In this document: piece after piece, positions 27,315 to 37,279 of the stretch | Position numbering within the stretch: the stretch's first letter is position 1 | Layout: the number at the start of each line of letters is the position of its first letter | Source of the DNA: an uncultured Pseudomonadales bacterium | GTDB taxonomy: Bacteria; Patescibacteriota; Microgenomatia; UBA1400; PJMF01 | Length of the DNA stretch: 64,000 nucleotides | Direction: 5' to 3' | Assembly: GCA_964625685.1 (NCBI GenBank) | Contig: CAZVBO010000003.1 | Coordinates: 64,298-128,297 of the forward strand | The notes under the pieces: model-generated | What the model was told of the DNA's origin: nothing | Databases searched by the model: none | What the model saw: the letters and a program-made list of their open reading frames with translations, nothing else | Position numbers and translations under genes: made by a program

Positions 27315-28310
27315 ATGCAAGATAATCCAACACCAAGTATTAAAAAGCGATCCAAAACTGCTAAGCTTCAGCAATTGGTTGAAAAGACAGGTTTCTGGAA
27401 GGGTATGGCGCTTATCCTCTTTGCCGTTATTGTTCTGACTCAGGTTTTCGAAGTCAGCATAACTCCCAAACTCTCTTTCCTGAAAGGATTTTCCAAAAAA
27501 CAAAATATCGCGGTAGAGCCTGGTAGTACGACAACCTTCAAAGTTGATACAGCTTCGCTCACCAGCCAGGTGCTTCCAGAAGAAGGTGTGACCCTACCTA
27601 TCACCTGGGGAGATCTGGGCCAGCGGATGGTTGCCGATGGGGTAATTGATGAACAAAAGTTCAGAGCCTTGTTTGAAGGAGGGTTAACCAATACCGAAGA
27701 ACAAATGCTTTCCGGCAATAGTAACCAGCCAGTTGTACTAACTCAGCAAAACAGTCGTTATTTATTGGATCTTTTGTGGGCATTTGGCCTAGCTAACAAA
27801 AACGATATTTTGGAAAACGGCGAAATGACTGATGAAAAATACGGAGGTGATGCGAGTAAATTTGCGGCTACTGGCGGATGGTCATTAGCCAAAGGGGCAG
27901 GCTTTGATCACTACAGCAAACATGCTTATGTGACATTGAGCGATGAACAACAAGCATTAGTGGACAAAGTCTCCCGGGGTATTTACAGGCCATGTTGTGG
28001 TAACTCGACTCATTTCCCTGACTGTAATCATGGCATGGCCATGTTGGGACTGTTGGAGCTGATGGCCAAAAATGGCGCCAATGAACAACAAATGTATGAT
28101 GTGGCTCTCAAAGTTAACTCCTTCTGGTTCCCACAAACTTACATTGATCTGGCTACCTACTTCAAAGAACAAGGTCAAGATTGGGATCAGGTAGATGCCA
28201 AAACCGCTCTTAGCGCTGAGTACTCCAGTGCCCAAGGTTATCAACAGACCCGTCAGAAAATTCAGAGTCTTCCTAAGCCCCAACAAGGCGGTGGTGGCTG
28301 CGGAGCATAA
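27315..28310 (+). CDS. Membrane-anchored Cys-motif protein
   Basis: RPCCGNSTHFPDCNHG and terminal GGCGA. Confidence 0.75.
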   Translation: MQDNPTPSIKKRSKTAKLQQLVEKTGFWKGMALILFAVIVLTQVFEVSITPKLSFLKGFSKKQNIAVEPGSTTTFKVDTASLTSQVLPEEGVTLPITWGDLGQRMVADGVIDEQKFRALFEGGLTNTEEQMLSGNSNQPVVLTQQNSRYLLDLLWAFGLANKNDILENGEMTDEKYGGDASKFAATGGWSLAKGAGFDHYSKHAYVTLSDEQQALVDKVSRGIYRPCCGNSTHFPDCNHGMAMLGLLELMAKNGANEQQMYDVALKVNSFWFPQTYIDLATYFKEQGQDWDQVDAKTALSAEYSSAQGYQQTRQKIQSLPKPQQGGGGCGA

Positions 28311-28315
28311 ACACC

Positions 28316-29110
28316 ATGAAGCAGAAACTCAAATTCTCACCACGCAAACTCTTCTGGCAGGTAGCCGCACTTCTGGGGTTAGTTATCCTCTTTGCCAGCC
28401 CGCTGACCTCAGCCGCTCAGATGCTGGGAATGAAACACCAAATCAATGTTCCTTCCGCAGTCTCGGTGGTTGAAGCCAAAGAAATTTATCCAATGTTTAC
28501 CTGCCCCTGCTGTGGTCAGCCACTCAATAAAGAAGAACCTTGCTGCGGAGCCATGACCCAGATGATTGACTTTATCGATCAGAAGGTTACGACAGACGCT
28601 AACAAAGATGAAATTGTTCTGGCCACGGCTCAGGAGTTCGGGTTGGAGAGACTCACAGAGGAATCAGACAGGCTGGCTCTGCGCGAACAACTACTAGCCA
28701 ATGCTCCTGAGAATGCTCCCAGAATTGCCACCAATGAAACCAAACAGGATTTAGGTATCGTCAGGCAGGCAAACGGTATAGTGACAACTGAGTTTATTAT
28801 CAAAAACGAGGGTAAAAGCGATCTTGTTATCAACAAGCTTTCATCTTCCTGTGGCTGCACCTCAGCCAGTTTAGTTTATCAGGAGCAAGAAGGTCCACGC
28901 TTCTATATGGCCGGACACGGACATGATGAGCCTGATGCCAGCTGGCAGGTAGCCATTGCTCCAGGTGATGAAGCCACTATCAAAGTTTACTATGACCCGA
29001 CTGTTCATCCTGACTTGACCGGACCGGTCACCCGCACGGTCTCAGTCCACTCTAACGACCCAGTTGATTTTGAAACCAAGTTAACAATTACCTTAGAACA
29101 GGAGAAATAA
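28316..29110 (+). CDS. DUF1573 (Ig-like) protein with Cys-rich N-terminal domain
   Basis: CPCCG...PCCG; IKNEG..L.I....SSCGCT...IAPGDE. Confidence 0.8.
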   Translation: MKQKLKFSPRKLFWQVAALLGLVILFASPLTSAAQMLGMKHQINVPSAVSVVEAKEIYPMFTCPCCGQPLNKEEPCCGAMTQMIDFIDQKVTTDANKDEIVLATAQEFGLERLTEESDRLALREQLLANAPENAPRIATNETKQDLGIVRQANGIVTTEFIIKNEGKSDLVINKLSSSCGCTSASLVYQEQEGPRFYMAGHGHDEPDASWQVAIAPGDEATIKVYYDPTVHPDLTGPVTRTVSVHSNDPVDFETKLTITLEQEK

Positions 29111-29111
29111 T

Positions 29112-29657
29112 ATGAATCACGATTGCTGCAATCCTAAAGATAAAAAACATAACACCAAGAAGGGTCCAGATTCCTTTTTAATTGGAATCATTGTAGTCAC
29201 ACTTCTAATCCTAGGTGGAGCCGTTTACTTTGGCTCCAAAATTGGTGCTACTTCTCAGGTGACGGCCGATTCTCAAGTCAGCATGATGGTGGGAGAAAAT
29301 AGATACGATTGGGGCACTATCGATATCAACGGTGGCACGGTTAGCAAATCTTTTGCTATCGAAAATAAAGGTTCTACCCCACTTAAACTTTACGATATTA
29401 AAACTTCCTGCATGTGTACTACTGCCCAGCTAAAAACAGCGGACCAGACTTCTAAAAAATTTGGCATGCACGAAAAGAACTCCAGCGTCTTTGAGGTCAA
29501 ACCGGGAGAAACAGCCGAACTAGTTGTCGAATTTGATCCGTTGTTCCACGGCCCTAGTGGAGTCGGTCCCATCAGCCGAACCGTGACCATGAATACCAAC
29601 TCAGAGGACAATCCAACTCTATCATTTCAGTTAGCAGCCAATGTGGTTAAAAAATAA
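29112..29657 (+). CDS. DUF1573 domain protein
   Basis: IENKG..PL...TSCMCT...VKPGE. Confidence 0.8.
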   Translation: MNHDCCNPKDKKHNTKKGPDSFLIGIIVVTLLILGGAVYFGSKIGATSQVTADSQVSMMVGENRYDWGTIDINGGTVSKSFAIENKGSTPLKLYDIKTSCMCTTAQLKTADQTSKKFGMHEKNSSVFEVKPGETAELVVEFDPLFHGPSGVGPISRTVTMNTNSEDNPTLSFQLAANVVKK

Positions 29658-29664
29658 GGCAAGT

Positions 29665-30426
29665 ATGAATAAAACAAAACTAGTACTGAGTATTCTTGTG
29701 GCAATTATCCTAGCCGGATGGGGAATCCGATGGGTGATGAGTCAAAACCAACAATCCAACAAAACTTCAACACTGACTCAGGAAACAATAAAGGGAGCAA
29801 AAGTTTCTCTCGTTAGCCCACAGGAATTTGCAAAGTTGGCTCAAGCCGAAAATGCTTTTGTGGTTGATGTTCACACGCCGGAGCAAACTCATATTCCTGG
29901 CACAGATGCATTCATTCCAGATACAGAAATTAGTGCCAGAGCTAGTGAATTGCCTCAAGACAAATCCACCCCAATTTTAGTCTATTGTCGCTCCGGCAGT
30001 ATGAGTCAGCGAGCTAGCCAAGAAATAGCCGATTTAGGTTATACCAATGTTTATGATCTAAAAGGTGGCACTAATGCCTACAAAGAACAACAGGTTTCCG
30101 TTCAGCTCTGGCCGAATAAGCAGGAACTAGGCACCGTCATTTATGGTGATGTAGCTACTACCAGCTTTACCCTAACCAACTACAGCCCATTGCCTCTTAA
30201 AATTACCCGTGTTTCTACTTCGTGCGGTTGTACTAAAGCCAGTGTAGACAAGGAAGAATTGGGAGCTTATGAAAGCACAACAGTCAATGTCTCCTTTGAT
30301 CCGGCGGTGCATAAAGATGACACTGACTTGGGCGAGCTAACCAGAACTATTTATGTGGAAACTGACAACCCTAATTATTCTGATTTAGAAACTATAATCA
30401 CAGCCAACGTGATTAAGAAAAATTAA
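29665..30426 (+). CDS. Rhodanese + DUF1573 fusion protein
   Basis: VDVHTPE..HIPG, VYCRSG, LKGG, then TSCGCT. Confidence 0.85.
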   Translation: MNKTKLVLSILVAIILAGWGIRWVMSQNQQSNKTSTLTQETIKGAKVSLVSPQEFAKLAQAENAFVVDVHTPEQTHIPGTDAFIPDTEISARASELPQDKSTPILVYCRSGSMSQRASQEIADLGYTNVYDLKGGTNAYKEQQVSVQLWPNKQELGTVIYGDVATTSFTLTNYSPLPLKITRVSTSCGCTKASVDKEELGAYESTTVNVSFDPAVHKDDTDLGELTRTIYVETDNPNYSDLETIITANVIKKN

Positions 30427-30427
30427 G

Positions 30428-31273
30428 ATGGACACCTTATTTCAACTCTCCCTATTAGCTTCATTTATTGCCGGTATGGTGGCTCTGTTTGCTCCCTGCT
30501 GTATTACTTTCCTGCTTCCGGCTTACTTTGCCAACGTTTTCAAAGAGAAAAAGCGGGTTGTCTTAATGACTTTTATTTATTCTTTAGGAATATTTACCGT
30601 TATGTTGCCGGTAGTATTGGGCGCCAAAGCCCTGAGTCAGATGTTCTTCAACCTGCATGATAAAACCTATATCATCGGTGGTTTATTTTTAATCTTTGTC
30701 GGCTTCGGATCATTACTTGGTTTCAAGTTACCCATGCCGCGCTTTAGTTTCACCAAACAAGCTGACGATCCACTTTCAACCTACATTCTGGGAATCATCT
30801 CCGGTATTACTAGCGCCTGCTGCGCACCAGTGTTGATCGGAGTAGTTGCCTTATCAACTCTCAGTCCAACCATGGCCCAGTCGTTACTAGTTGGTTTCTT
30901 TTACGTACTAGGGATGGTCACACCTCTTTATCTAGCCAGTCTATTTATTGATAAAAGAAACTTTCTTGCTAAACCTATCTTTCGTAAACCTTTTAGAGAA
31001 GTAACATTCCTGGGCAAAACTCATATGATTACTGTCTCCAATATGGTCTCGTTTGTAATGTTTGTGGGCATGGGGCTTCTAACTATCTTCCTATCATTAT
31101 CAGGAAAATTGGCTATGAACAGGAGTGAAGAAAGTGTGACTCAAGCGATTCAAAATGTGGCGGTTTCAGTGACCACCTTTGTCCAAAAGATACCAGGGCT
31201 GGATATTATCTTTACCTTGGTAGCCTTCTGGTTACTTTACAAATTCCTAAAGTACATCAATCGGGAGAAATAA
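30428..31273 (+). CDS. ccdA: CcdA/DsbD-type transmembrane electron transporter
   Basis: FAPCC..LLPAY and SACCAPVL in TM helices. Confidence 0.8.
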   Translation: MDTLFQLSLLASFIAGMVALFAPCCITFLLPAYFANVFKEKKRVVLMTFIYSLGIFTVMLPVVLGAKALSQMFFNLHDKTYIIGGLFLIFVGFGSLLGFKLPMPRFSFTKQADDPLSTYILGIISGITSACCAPVLIGVVALSTLSPTMAQSLLVGFFYVLGMVTPLYLASLFIDKRNFLAKPIFRKPFREVTFLGKTHMITVSNMVSFVMFVGMGLLTIFLSLSGKLAMNRSEESVTQAIQNVAVSVTTFVQKIPGLDIIFTLVAFWLLYKFLKYINREK

Positions 31274-31277
31274 TCTC

Positions 31278-31553
31278 TTATTTCGAGGCAATTAGGTTAT
31301 AAACAAACACAAACGAGTAAACTCCCAAGAAACTGATTGCGGCCGCTTCAATCATTCCGCCAACCAATCCCATAAAGCTTAGATTGAAAAACATATGCCA
31401 GGAAGCCATCGCTTCAGCTGCTGATACATAAAGTCCCATCTTGGCTAGTACCCAAAGCAATAGCATTACTAAAGCTGACCAAACTGCCAAAGCAGTTGCT
31501 GCGGGCTGAGCATTAAGCTTCCCTCTTCTGTTATGCATATTTTGCATGTTCAC
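31278..31553 (-). CDS. Small membrane protein (DUF5676-like)
   Basis: 2 TM helices, ends FVFVYNLIA. Confidence 0.55.
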   Translation of the reverse strand: MNMQNMHNRRGKLNAQPAATALAVWSALVMLLLWVLAKMGLYVSAAEAMASWHMFFNLSFMGLVGGMIEAAAISFLGVYSFVFVYNLIASK

Positions 31554-31565
31554 CTCCTTTTTAAT

Positions 31566-32018
31566 TTATAATTGCCAACTAAAATCCTCAGTTTCATTAT
31601 CAACCCCTTCAAGAGTCAGTGTCAATTGTTTTGGGTCTCCGTTAAGGGGAGTAAAAATCAATTGTCCTGAAAGGTGATGCCCACTGTTTCCACCGGTCCA
31701 TGTCGCGGGCTTATAAGTATTGCCACTATCATCCGCTAACATTGCGATTTGGGTATAGTCATAATTTAACTCTACCGAGTGAGTATTCATCGACAATTCA
31801 AAAACAATATCCTTCCCTGGTTGTATCGAAACCGGCTTTACCTCAACTTCTACTGCACCCATGGTTTTGGATTGCGATGATATTCCTGAAGCTTGCACAT
31901 TTGTTTCTATTGTCGGGGAAGTCGTTGCAGAAGCTTCCTGTTTCTGTTTTGCCGTTATTCCAAAAACAACCACTCCCGCAAGAACAAGCAGGATGATAAA
32001 AAATATTTTTGAATTCAT
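31566..32018 (-). CDS. Exported protein with His motifs
   Basis: Signal anchor, MNTHSVEL, GHHLSG. Confidence 0.7.
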   Translation of the reverse strand: MNSKIFFIILLVLAGVVVFGITAKQKQEASATTSPTIETNVQASGISSQSKTMGAVEVEVKPVSIQPGKDIVFELSMNTHSVELNYDYTQIAMLADDSGNTYKPATWTGGNSGHHLSGQLIFTPLNGDPKQLTLTLEGVDNETEDFSWQL

Positions 32019-32527
32019 AACACCTCCTTTTGTTTATGAGAAATCGAGTTAAAGATAACTGCTAACTTAGGACGGCCAGTAATAAACCAGAGCATCATGC
32101 CGACCCTTATCAGATTAGCCAGAACGCCAAAAATCAAAAGTTGCTCTTGATACTCGCTCAAAAATAAGGCAGCGGCAGATAAACCCAATATGGGCAAAAG
32201 ATCAACAGCATGATGAGCACAGCAGGCCACCATGGCCATGCCAGAAACGGCAGTACTAGTACCAGCTGCCATTTTAGAATCTTTCTTCTCCTGAAGATTA
32301 AAATGAATGCCTTTTCGCATCAGCCAGAATAACCCCATCTGAACTCCAAAACCGACAATCAACAGGCTCATCCAAGGTTGAAATAGTACAAATTGAGTTA
32401 GGGGATGATTAGGATCTCCGGTTACAACAAAAAGAAGCAGGTAATAAAAAGCACTTAATCCCAGTAACCCTAAAAAGAATCCCTGAATAAAGATTGACCA
32501 AGGTCTGCTCGAAGCATTACTTAACAT
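32015..32527 (-). CDS. Membrane protein with CCAHH motif (MerT/MerC-like)
   Basis: 4 TM helices, AMVACCAHH. Confidence 0.7.
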   Translation of the reverse strand: MLSNASSRPWSIFIQGFFLGLLGLSAFYYLLLFVVTGDPNHPLTQFVLFQPWMSLLIVGFGVQMGLFWLMRKGIHFNLQEKKDSKMAAGTSTAVSGMAMVACCAHHAVDLLPILGLSAAALFLSEYQEQLLIFGVLANLIRVGMMLWFITGRPKLAVIFNSISHKQKEVL

Positions 32528-32547
32528 GATTTCACTATACGAGAGCT

Positions 32548-32567
32548 AAGATGAAACCAGGATGAAA
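32548..32567 (-). promoter_or_regulatory. OmpR-type tandem box (copy 2)
   Basis: Minus strand TTTCATCCT-GG-TTTCATCTT followed by TATAGT and the ATG. Confidence 0.7.
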
Positions 32568-34706
32568 TTAAACCTCTAACCTTACCTTACGGAGTGTCAT
32601 GGCATTTATCACCACAATTACCGAAGACATACTCATCAATAGTGCTCCGACTGCAGGGGTCAGTCTAAAACCAAAAGGAATAAATAATCCTGCTGCGGCC
32701 GGAATAGCCAGGACGTTATATCCCAGCGCCCAGAAAAGATTTTGCAGCATCTTGGAATACACTTTGCGAGATAAAATAATTAAGCGAACAATATGCTGAG
32801 GGTTTGATTGGGTCAGAACAATATCCCCAGCTTCCACCGCTACATCAGTGCCTGCACCAATCGCCACACCAGCATTAGCCTGAGTCAGAGCAGGGGCATC
32901 GTTAACTCCGTCTCCAGCCATGACTACTACATTACCTTTATCTTGTAACTCCCTGATGTGCTTATATTTGTCTTCAGGTAATACTTCGGCAAAGACCGTA
33001 TCAATTCCTAATTGCTTTGCTATCGGGGTAGCCGCCGCCTGACTATCGCCGGTGAGCATCGCTACTTTTACTCCCAATTTATGAAGCTCTTCCACCGCCT
33101 GTTTGGATTCCGGCTTAACCTGATCACTGAGAGCAATTACTCCCAGAACTTTGTCCTTATCCGCCACAAAAACAGGTGTCTTCCCTTCTGAGGAAAGCTC
33201 GTCATAAACTGTAGCAACTTCTTTATTCCAAACTTTCCTCTCTTCCATTAGACGTTTATTACCCAAGAAATATTGTTGCCCACTATAAATGCCTTCCATA
33301 CCCTTGCCGGCCAGATTTTTAATTTTTGTTGCCTCAGAATAATTTACTTTCTTTTCTTTCAGATGCGAAACAATCGCCATCCCGATAACATGAGACGAAT
33401 GAGACTCAATGCTACCAGCGATTTGTAACAGTTTCTTTTCATCTCCCGAGAGCGTATGTATACCCGTCACTCCGAATTCTCCTTTAGTTAAAGTGCCGGT
33501 TTTATCAAAAACCACATAATCGGCATTTTTAACTACCTCAATCTTGCCCATGTCTTTAATAAAGACTCCGTTTTTGACTGCCAGTCGGGTAGCAATGGTT
33601 GAAACGGTGGGGATAGCCAACCCCAAAGCATGAGGACAGGCAATCACCAACACAGTAATAGCTAAGGTAGCCGCAAAGACAAACGGCTGACCCACAACCA
33701 CAGCCCAAATAAACAAAGATAAGATAGAAACACTCAAGGCAACAAATGTTAACCATTTAGCAGCCCGGTCGGCTAGTTTTTGGGCGGAAGGCTTGGTTTG
33801 TTTGGCTTCGGAAATTAGATTCTGAATCTGGCCAATGGTGGACGATTCGCCAACGCGCATCAGTCTAACTTCTACAGAGCCATCAATACTGATGGCTCCG
33901 GCTACTATTTCCATACCAGTCTCTTTTTCAACAGGTTTTGATTCACCGGTAATATGAGCCTCGTTAAAATTTCCATTACCTTTAACAATCTCACCATCGG
34001 CTGGGACTTTCTCCCCAGGTTTCACAATCACCACATCACCTTCTTTTAGTGAGGCGAGTTCTACTTCTTTAACACCATTCTTAGTTTTCAAATGGGCTTC
34101 TTTCGGCAATAACTTGGCAACTTCCTTTAAGGCGTCTCCAGCCGCTGTTGAAGACTTGGCTTCCAGGAAATGACCAAACAACAGTACCCAGATCAGAGTA
34201 GAAATTTCCAGATAGAACTCGGTGCTAATGGCAGGAATAAAGGTCGAAGCGGCAGAGAAAAGATAGCCGGCACCGACTCCCAAGGAAACAAGCGTCATCA
34301 TCCCGTACTGCTTCATCTGAATTTCCATCTTGGCGTGCTCAAAGAAAACCAAACCAAAATAGAAGATGACGGTAGCAATACCAAACTCCAGCAAAGAACG
34401 CAGAGCAAAGTCAGGTACTCCCAGAAACTTAACCGCCGGTTCGGAGAAAATGGCTAGAGGGACAAGCAAAGCAGTGACTATGAAGAATCGCTTCAAAAAG
34501 TCGGCTGCCGCTTCCGGACTAGCCATCATGCTGGCATGGTCATGCTCAGCGTGCCCTGAATCCATGTCACTTTTCTTGACTAAATCCATGCCACCACACT
34601 TGGGACACTTACCCGGCTTATCTTCTTTGATTTCAGGATGCATAGGGCAGGTGTAGTAGTCCCTGCCACCTTCGTGCTGGTGATTATGATCCATATTGTG
34701 TTTCAT
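32568..34706 (-). CDS. copB: Copper-translocating P1B-type ATPase (CPH type, CopB-like)
   Basis: YTCPMHP heavy-metal domain, TGES, IACPHALG, DKTGT, GDGVND, YN, MSMS. Confidence 0.9.
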   Translation of the reverse strand: MKHNMDHNHQHEGGRDYYTCPMHPEIKEDKPGKCPKCGGMDLVKKSDMDSGHAEHDHASMMASPEAAADFLKRFFIVTALLVPLAIFSEPAVKFLGVPDFALRSLLEFGIATVIFYFGLVFFEHAKMEIQMKQYGMMTLVSLGVGAGYLFSAASTFIPAISTEFYLEISTLIWVLLFGHFLEAKSSTAAGDALKEVAKLLPKEAHLKTKNGVKEVELASLKEGDVVIVKPGEKVPADGEIVKGNGNFNEAHITGESKPVEKETGMEIVAGAISIDGSVEVRLMRVGESSTIGQIQNLISEAKQTKPSAQKLADRAAKWLTFVALSVSILSLFIWAVVVGQPFVFAATLAITVLVIACPHALGLAIPTVSTIATRLAVKNGVFIKDMGKIEVVKNADYVVFDKTGTLTKGEFGVTGIHTLSGDEKKLLQIAGSIESHSSHVIGMAIVSHLKEKKVNYSEATKIKNLAGKGMEGIYSGQQYFLGNKRLMEERKVWNKEVATVYDELSSEGKTPVFVADKDKVLGVIALSDQVKPESKQAVEELHKLGVKVAMLTGDSQAAATPIAKQLGIDTVFAEVLPEDKYKHIRELQDKGNVVVMAGDGVNDAPALTQANAGVAIGAGTDVAVEAGDIVLTQSNPQHIVRLIILSRKVYSKMLQNLFWALGYNVLAIPAAAGLFIPFGFRLTPAVGALLMSMSSVIVVINAMTLRKVRLEV

Positions 34707-34712
34707 TTTTAT

Positions 34713-35303
34713 TTACTTTTTATGCGCTCTTCGAAGGAAAAAGTACGTACCGGAAGCCAAGAAAGCGATTGCCATAATCCAAGTTACTGTCCCCAAAATT
34801 CCATAGCCACCGTAACCCATCATCGAACCAAAGCCCATCATTCCGGTTGGGGCATTAAAATTACGATTATTGTTATAGCCCATCATGTCTCCACCCATCA
34901 TCATTCCTGGTCCATAGTTGGTATTACCGTATCCTAAATAAGCTTGCCCCATATTGATATGCATCTGCCTCAAAGACTCTGAACCTTCGCCACCCATCAT
35001 TCGGTCCATAACTTCGTGGGCTTCACCTGGATGCTGGAGTTCCATGACCGCATCACCCAAACGTTCCCAATCATCGTCACTAACTTTGGAAAGATCAAGT
35101 TCCTGAACTGTCGACACATTCTGAGATTCAAGAATACCCTGCAACACGACTTCCACTGACTCAGCGTGACCTTCTTTCGTCTCCACCTCAGTTTCCTCGT
35201 TATCTAAACCCATCATTGAACCCATTTGAGCATGAGCCAAACGAGTGTTTAGAAAAAACAAACTGCTAAAAATTACAAAACTGGCAAGAATTATTTTCTT
35301 CAT
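34713..35303 (-). CDS. Met/His-rich membrane protein
   Basis: HPGEAHEVMDRMMGGEG...MH; C-terminal TM helix. Confidence 0.75.
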   Translation of the reverse strand: MKKIILASFVIFSSLFFLNTRLAHAQMGSMMGLDNEETEVETKEGHAESVEVVLQGILESQNVSTVQELDLSKVSDDDWERLGDAVMELQHPGEAHEVMDRMMGGEGSESLRQMHINMGQAYLGYGNTNYGPGMMMGGDMMGYNNNRNFNAPTGMMGFGSMMGYGGYGILGTVTWIMAIAFLASGTYFFLRRAHKK

Positions 35304-35317
35304 ATTTGATTCCCTTC

Positions 35318-35716
35318 TTAACTAACCGCCTGGTGCAGGGCAGCACTAAGTTTTGATTCTACTTCCCGAGCTATCTTTGCTACAGTCACATTTTCCGATA
35401 ACATCAAAGCGGCTGTCGGTTTCATCACACCTATGTATACTGTACCATTTTCCTCATAAACGATCACGTTGCAAGGCAACAATAAACCAACTTCTTTCTC
35501 TGCCTGGAGAGCCTTATAAGCATTGGGAGGATTGCATGCTCCCAGAATTACATAATTGGGATAGTCAATGTTAAGCTTTTTCTTCAAAGCTTCTTTGACA
35601 TCTATCCGAGTTAGAATCCCAAAGCCTTGTTTTTCGAGTTCCTGAGTAATGGCAGTAACAGCCTCTTCGAAGGCGCCATCATATTTTTGTTTGATTGAAT
35701 AGATAGGTTGATTCAT
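35318..35716 (-). CDS. DUF302 protein
   Basis: GFGIL..ID...ILGACNP...GLLLPCNV. Confidence 0.9.
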   Translation of the reverse strand: MNQPIYSIKQKYDGAFEEAVTAITQELEKQGFGILTRIDVKEALKKKLNIDYPNYVILGACNPPNAYKALQAEKEVGLLLPCNVIVYEENGTVYIGVMKPTAALMLSENVTVAKIAREVESKLSAALHQAVS

Positions 35717-35719
35717 AGT

Positions 35720-35923
35720 TTATTCTCCGATATATTTTTCCGGATCATCTTTAAAATGCTTTTGACAATGATCTGAGCAAAAATAATAGGTTTTACCTTT
35801 ATAATTTGCTTTGTATTGCGTTTGACCAGTAATCTCCATGCCGCAAACCAAATCTATTTCATTAGCTTTAGTTTCAACTTGCATCCCCATTTTTGATAAA
35901 AGCTTGTCTGTTAGTTTAGTCAT
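35720..35923 (-). CDS. YHS-domain protein
   Basis: DLVCGM...YKGKTYYFCS..C...F..DPEKY. Confidence 0.9.
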   Translation of the reverse strand: MTKLTDKLLSKMGMQVETKANEIDLVCGMEITGQTQYKANYKGKTYYFCSDHCQKHFKDDPEKYIGE

Positions 35924-35967
35924 ATTTGTTCCTTATTTAACTGATCTACGGCAACTATATACCAGCA

Positions 35968-35987
35968 AAGATGAAACCAAGATGAAA
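35968..35987 (-). promoter_or_regulatory. OmpR-type tandem box (copy 3)
   Basis: Minus strand TTTCATCTT-GG-TTTCATCTT followed by TATAGT, upstream of the YHS-DUF302-copB operon. Confidence 0.72.
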
Positions 35988-35992
35988 TACCA

Positions 35993-36202
35993 CTATTGAG
36001 TAGTCTCATCCTGTTTAGGAGGGCATTTAGAATCAGCATAAGAGCAAAAAACACAACATTCTCCTTCTTTGGGCTTGAGGACTTCATCGCAATTAGTGCA
36101 CTTGTAAAAATGCTGGCAGGCATCAGTGGGCATCTGTTCTTCTTTTTCGAAACCACACTTTGGACAGGTAATGGTGGCTTTTGTTTTTATTTTTTTATCC
36201 AT
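35993..36202 (-). CDS. GDCCVxC-domain small Cys-rich protein
   Basis: ITCPKCG...MPTDAC..FY.C..C...PK.GECCVFCSY...CPP.Q. Confidence 0.9.
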   Translation of the reverse strand: MDKKIKTKATITCPKCGFEKEEQMPTDACQHFYKCTNCDEVLKPKEGECCVFCSYADSKCPPKQDETTQ

Positions 36203-36208
36203 AGATTT

Positions 36209-36892
36209 TTATGTTAAATCTTTCTTCTTTTTTTCAAACTCTTTTTTTTCAATTTCTCCCTTGGCGTAGCGTTCTTTGAGGATTTCAAGAGCAGATTTAT
36301 CTTGTGTTTGGCTTTTTCCCTGATTAGCTATCCATTTGATCAAGGCGATAATGCCTACAATAATCAGCCCCCAGAACAAGATCATAAAGACCCAGCCAAA
36401 ACCCCAACCAAGTAAACCCATTGGGTTAGTACCGAAATTTCCCATCATATAATTTCCTCCTCCTCCCATCATACCCATCATTGGTATCATTCCGCCACCT
36501 ATCATTGTTTGAGGTATGGGAGCATCAGCTTCACACCCGCTCATCCGTTTACCCATCCCAATGTGCATTTGATCTGCACCCTCCTCACCCATCATTCGCT
36601 CCATCATTGAATCCATTTCCTCATGAGATTCACCAGCCATCAAACCCATAAAGTACATGCCCAGATTATGAAAATCATCATCTGACAAATTCTCACACCC
36701 TATCTCTTGTGCCTGTAACTTGTCCCAAATTCCTTTTCCCTCGGCCTCTCCCTCGGCGGTATGGCCATCGCTTGACTGCTCACCGGAATTATTTACTCCC
36801 ATCATATTCATTATTCCCTGAGCGCCTACAAAAGAGGGAGAGAATAAACCGAAAAGAGTGATTAAAATCAAACTGATAAGAACTTGTTTCAT
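36209..36892 (-). CDS. Met-rich membrane protein with C-terminal SHOCT domain
   Basis: ALEILKERYAKGEI.K.EF; shares the H..MD.MM..MH block with 34713-35303. Confidence 0.85.
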   Translation of the reverse strand: MKQVLISLILITLFGLFSPSFVGAQGIMNMMGVNNSGEQSSDGHTAEGEAEGKGIWDKLQAQEIGCENLSDDDFHNLGMYFMGLMAGESHEEMDSMMERMMGEEGADQMHIGMGKRMSGCEADAPIPQTMIGGGMIPMMGMMGGGGNYMMGNFGTNPMGLLGWGFGWVFMILFWGLIIVGIIALIKWIANQGKSQTQDKSALEILKERYAKGEIEKKEFEKKKKDLT

Positions 36893-36896
36893 GGTT

Positions 36897-37279
36897 TTAC
36901 TTAGATTTATCAATAATGCTTCTGATAGTCTTATCAACTTCCTCAGACAAACTTCCTAACTTGGCTTCAGGGAAAAATTGCGGCAACACAATCGGTCTCA
37001 TGCCTGAAATGAATGTTTTGCCGTCTTTGACATAAACATTGATTTTGCAGGGGAGACAAAGGCCAATTCTAATATCAGCCTGCAGTACGGTATAAGCACT
37101 TTTGGCATTGCAAATCTCGATGATTTTAAACGGTCCGATTTCAAAACCTTTGGCACCGATTGTTTTTTGGACATCATGGATATGTATACCTTAAATCCCG
37201 CTTTAGCAGTTTCTTCCTCCACAGCAGAAATTGCCCTGTTAAATGTTTTCTTGGTTTTGACTGTATAATCAAATTCCAT
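36897..37279 (-). pseudogene. Frameshifted DUF302 gene
   Basis: MEFDYTV...AGFKV, then a shifted frame HIHDVQKTI...IEICNA...GLCLPCKINV...IIDKSK*; one base missing near 37186. Confidence 0.8.

Noticed and set aside
35993-36202. Selenoprotein
   Set aside because: All motif positions are Cys codons; no in-frame TGA.
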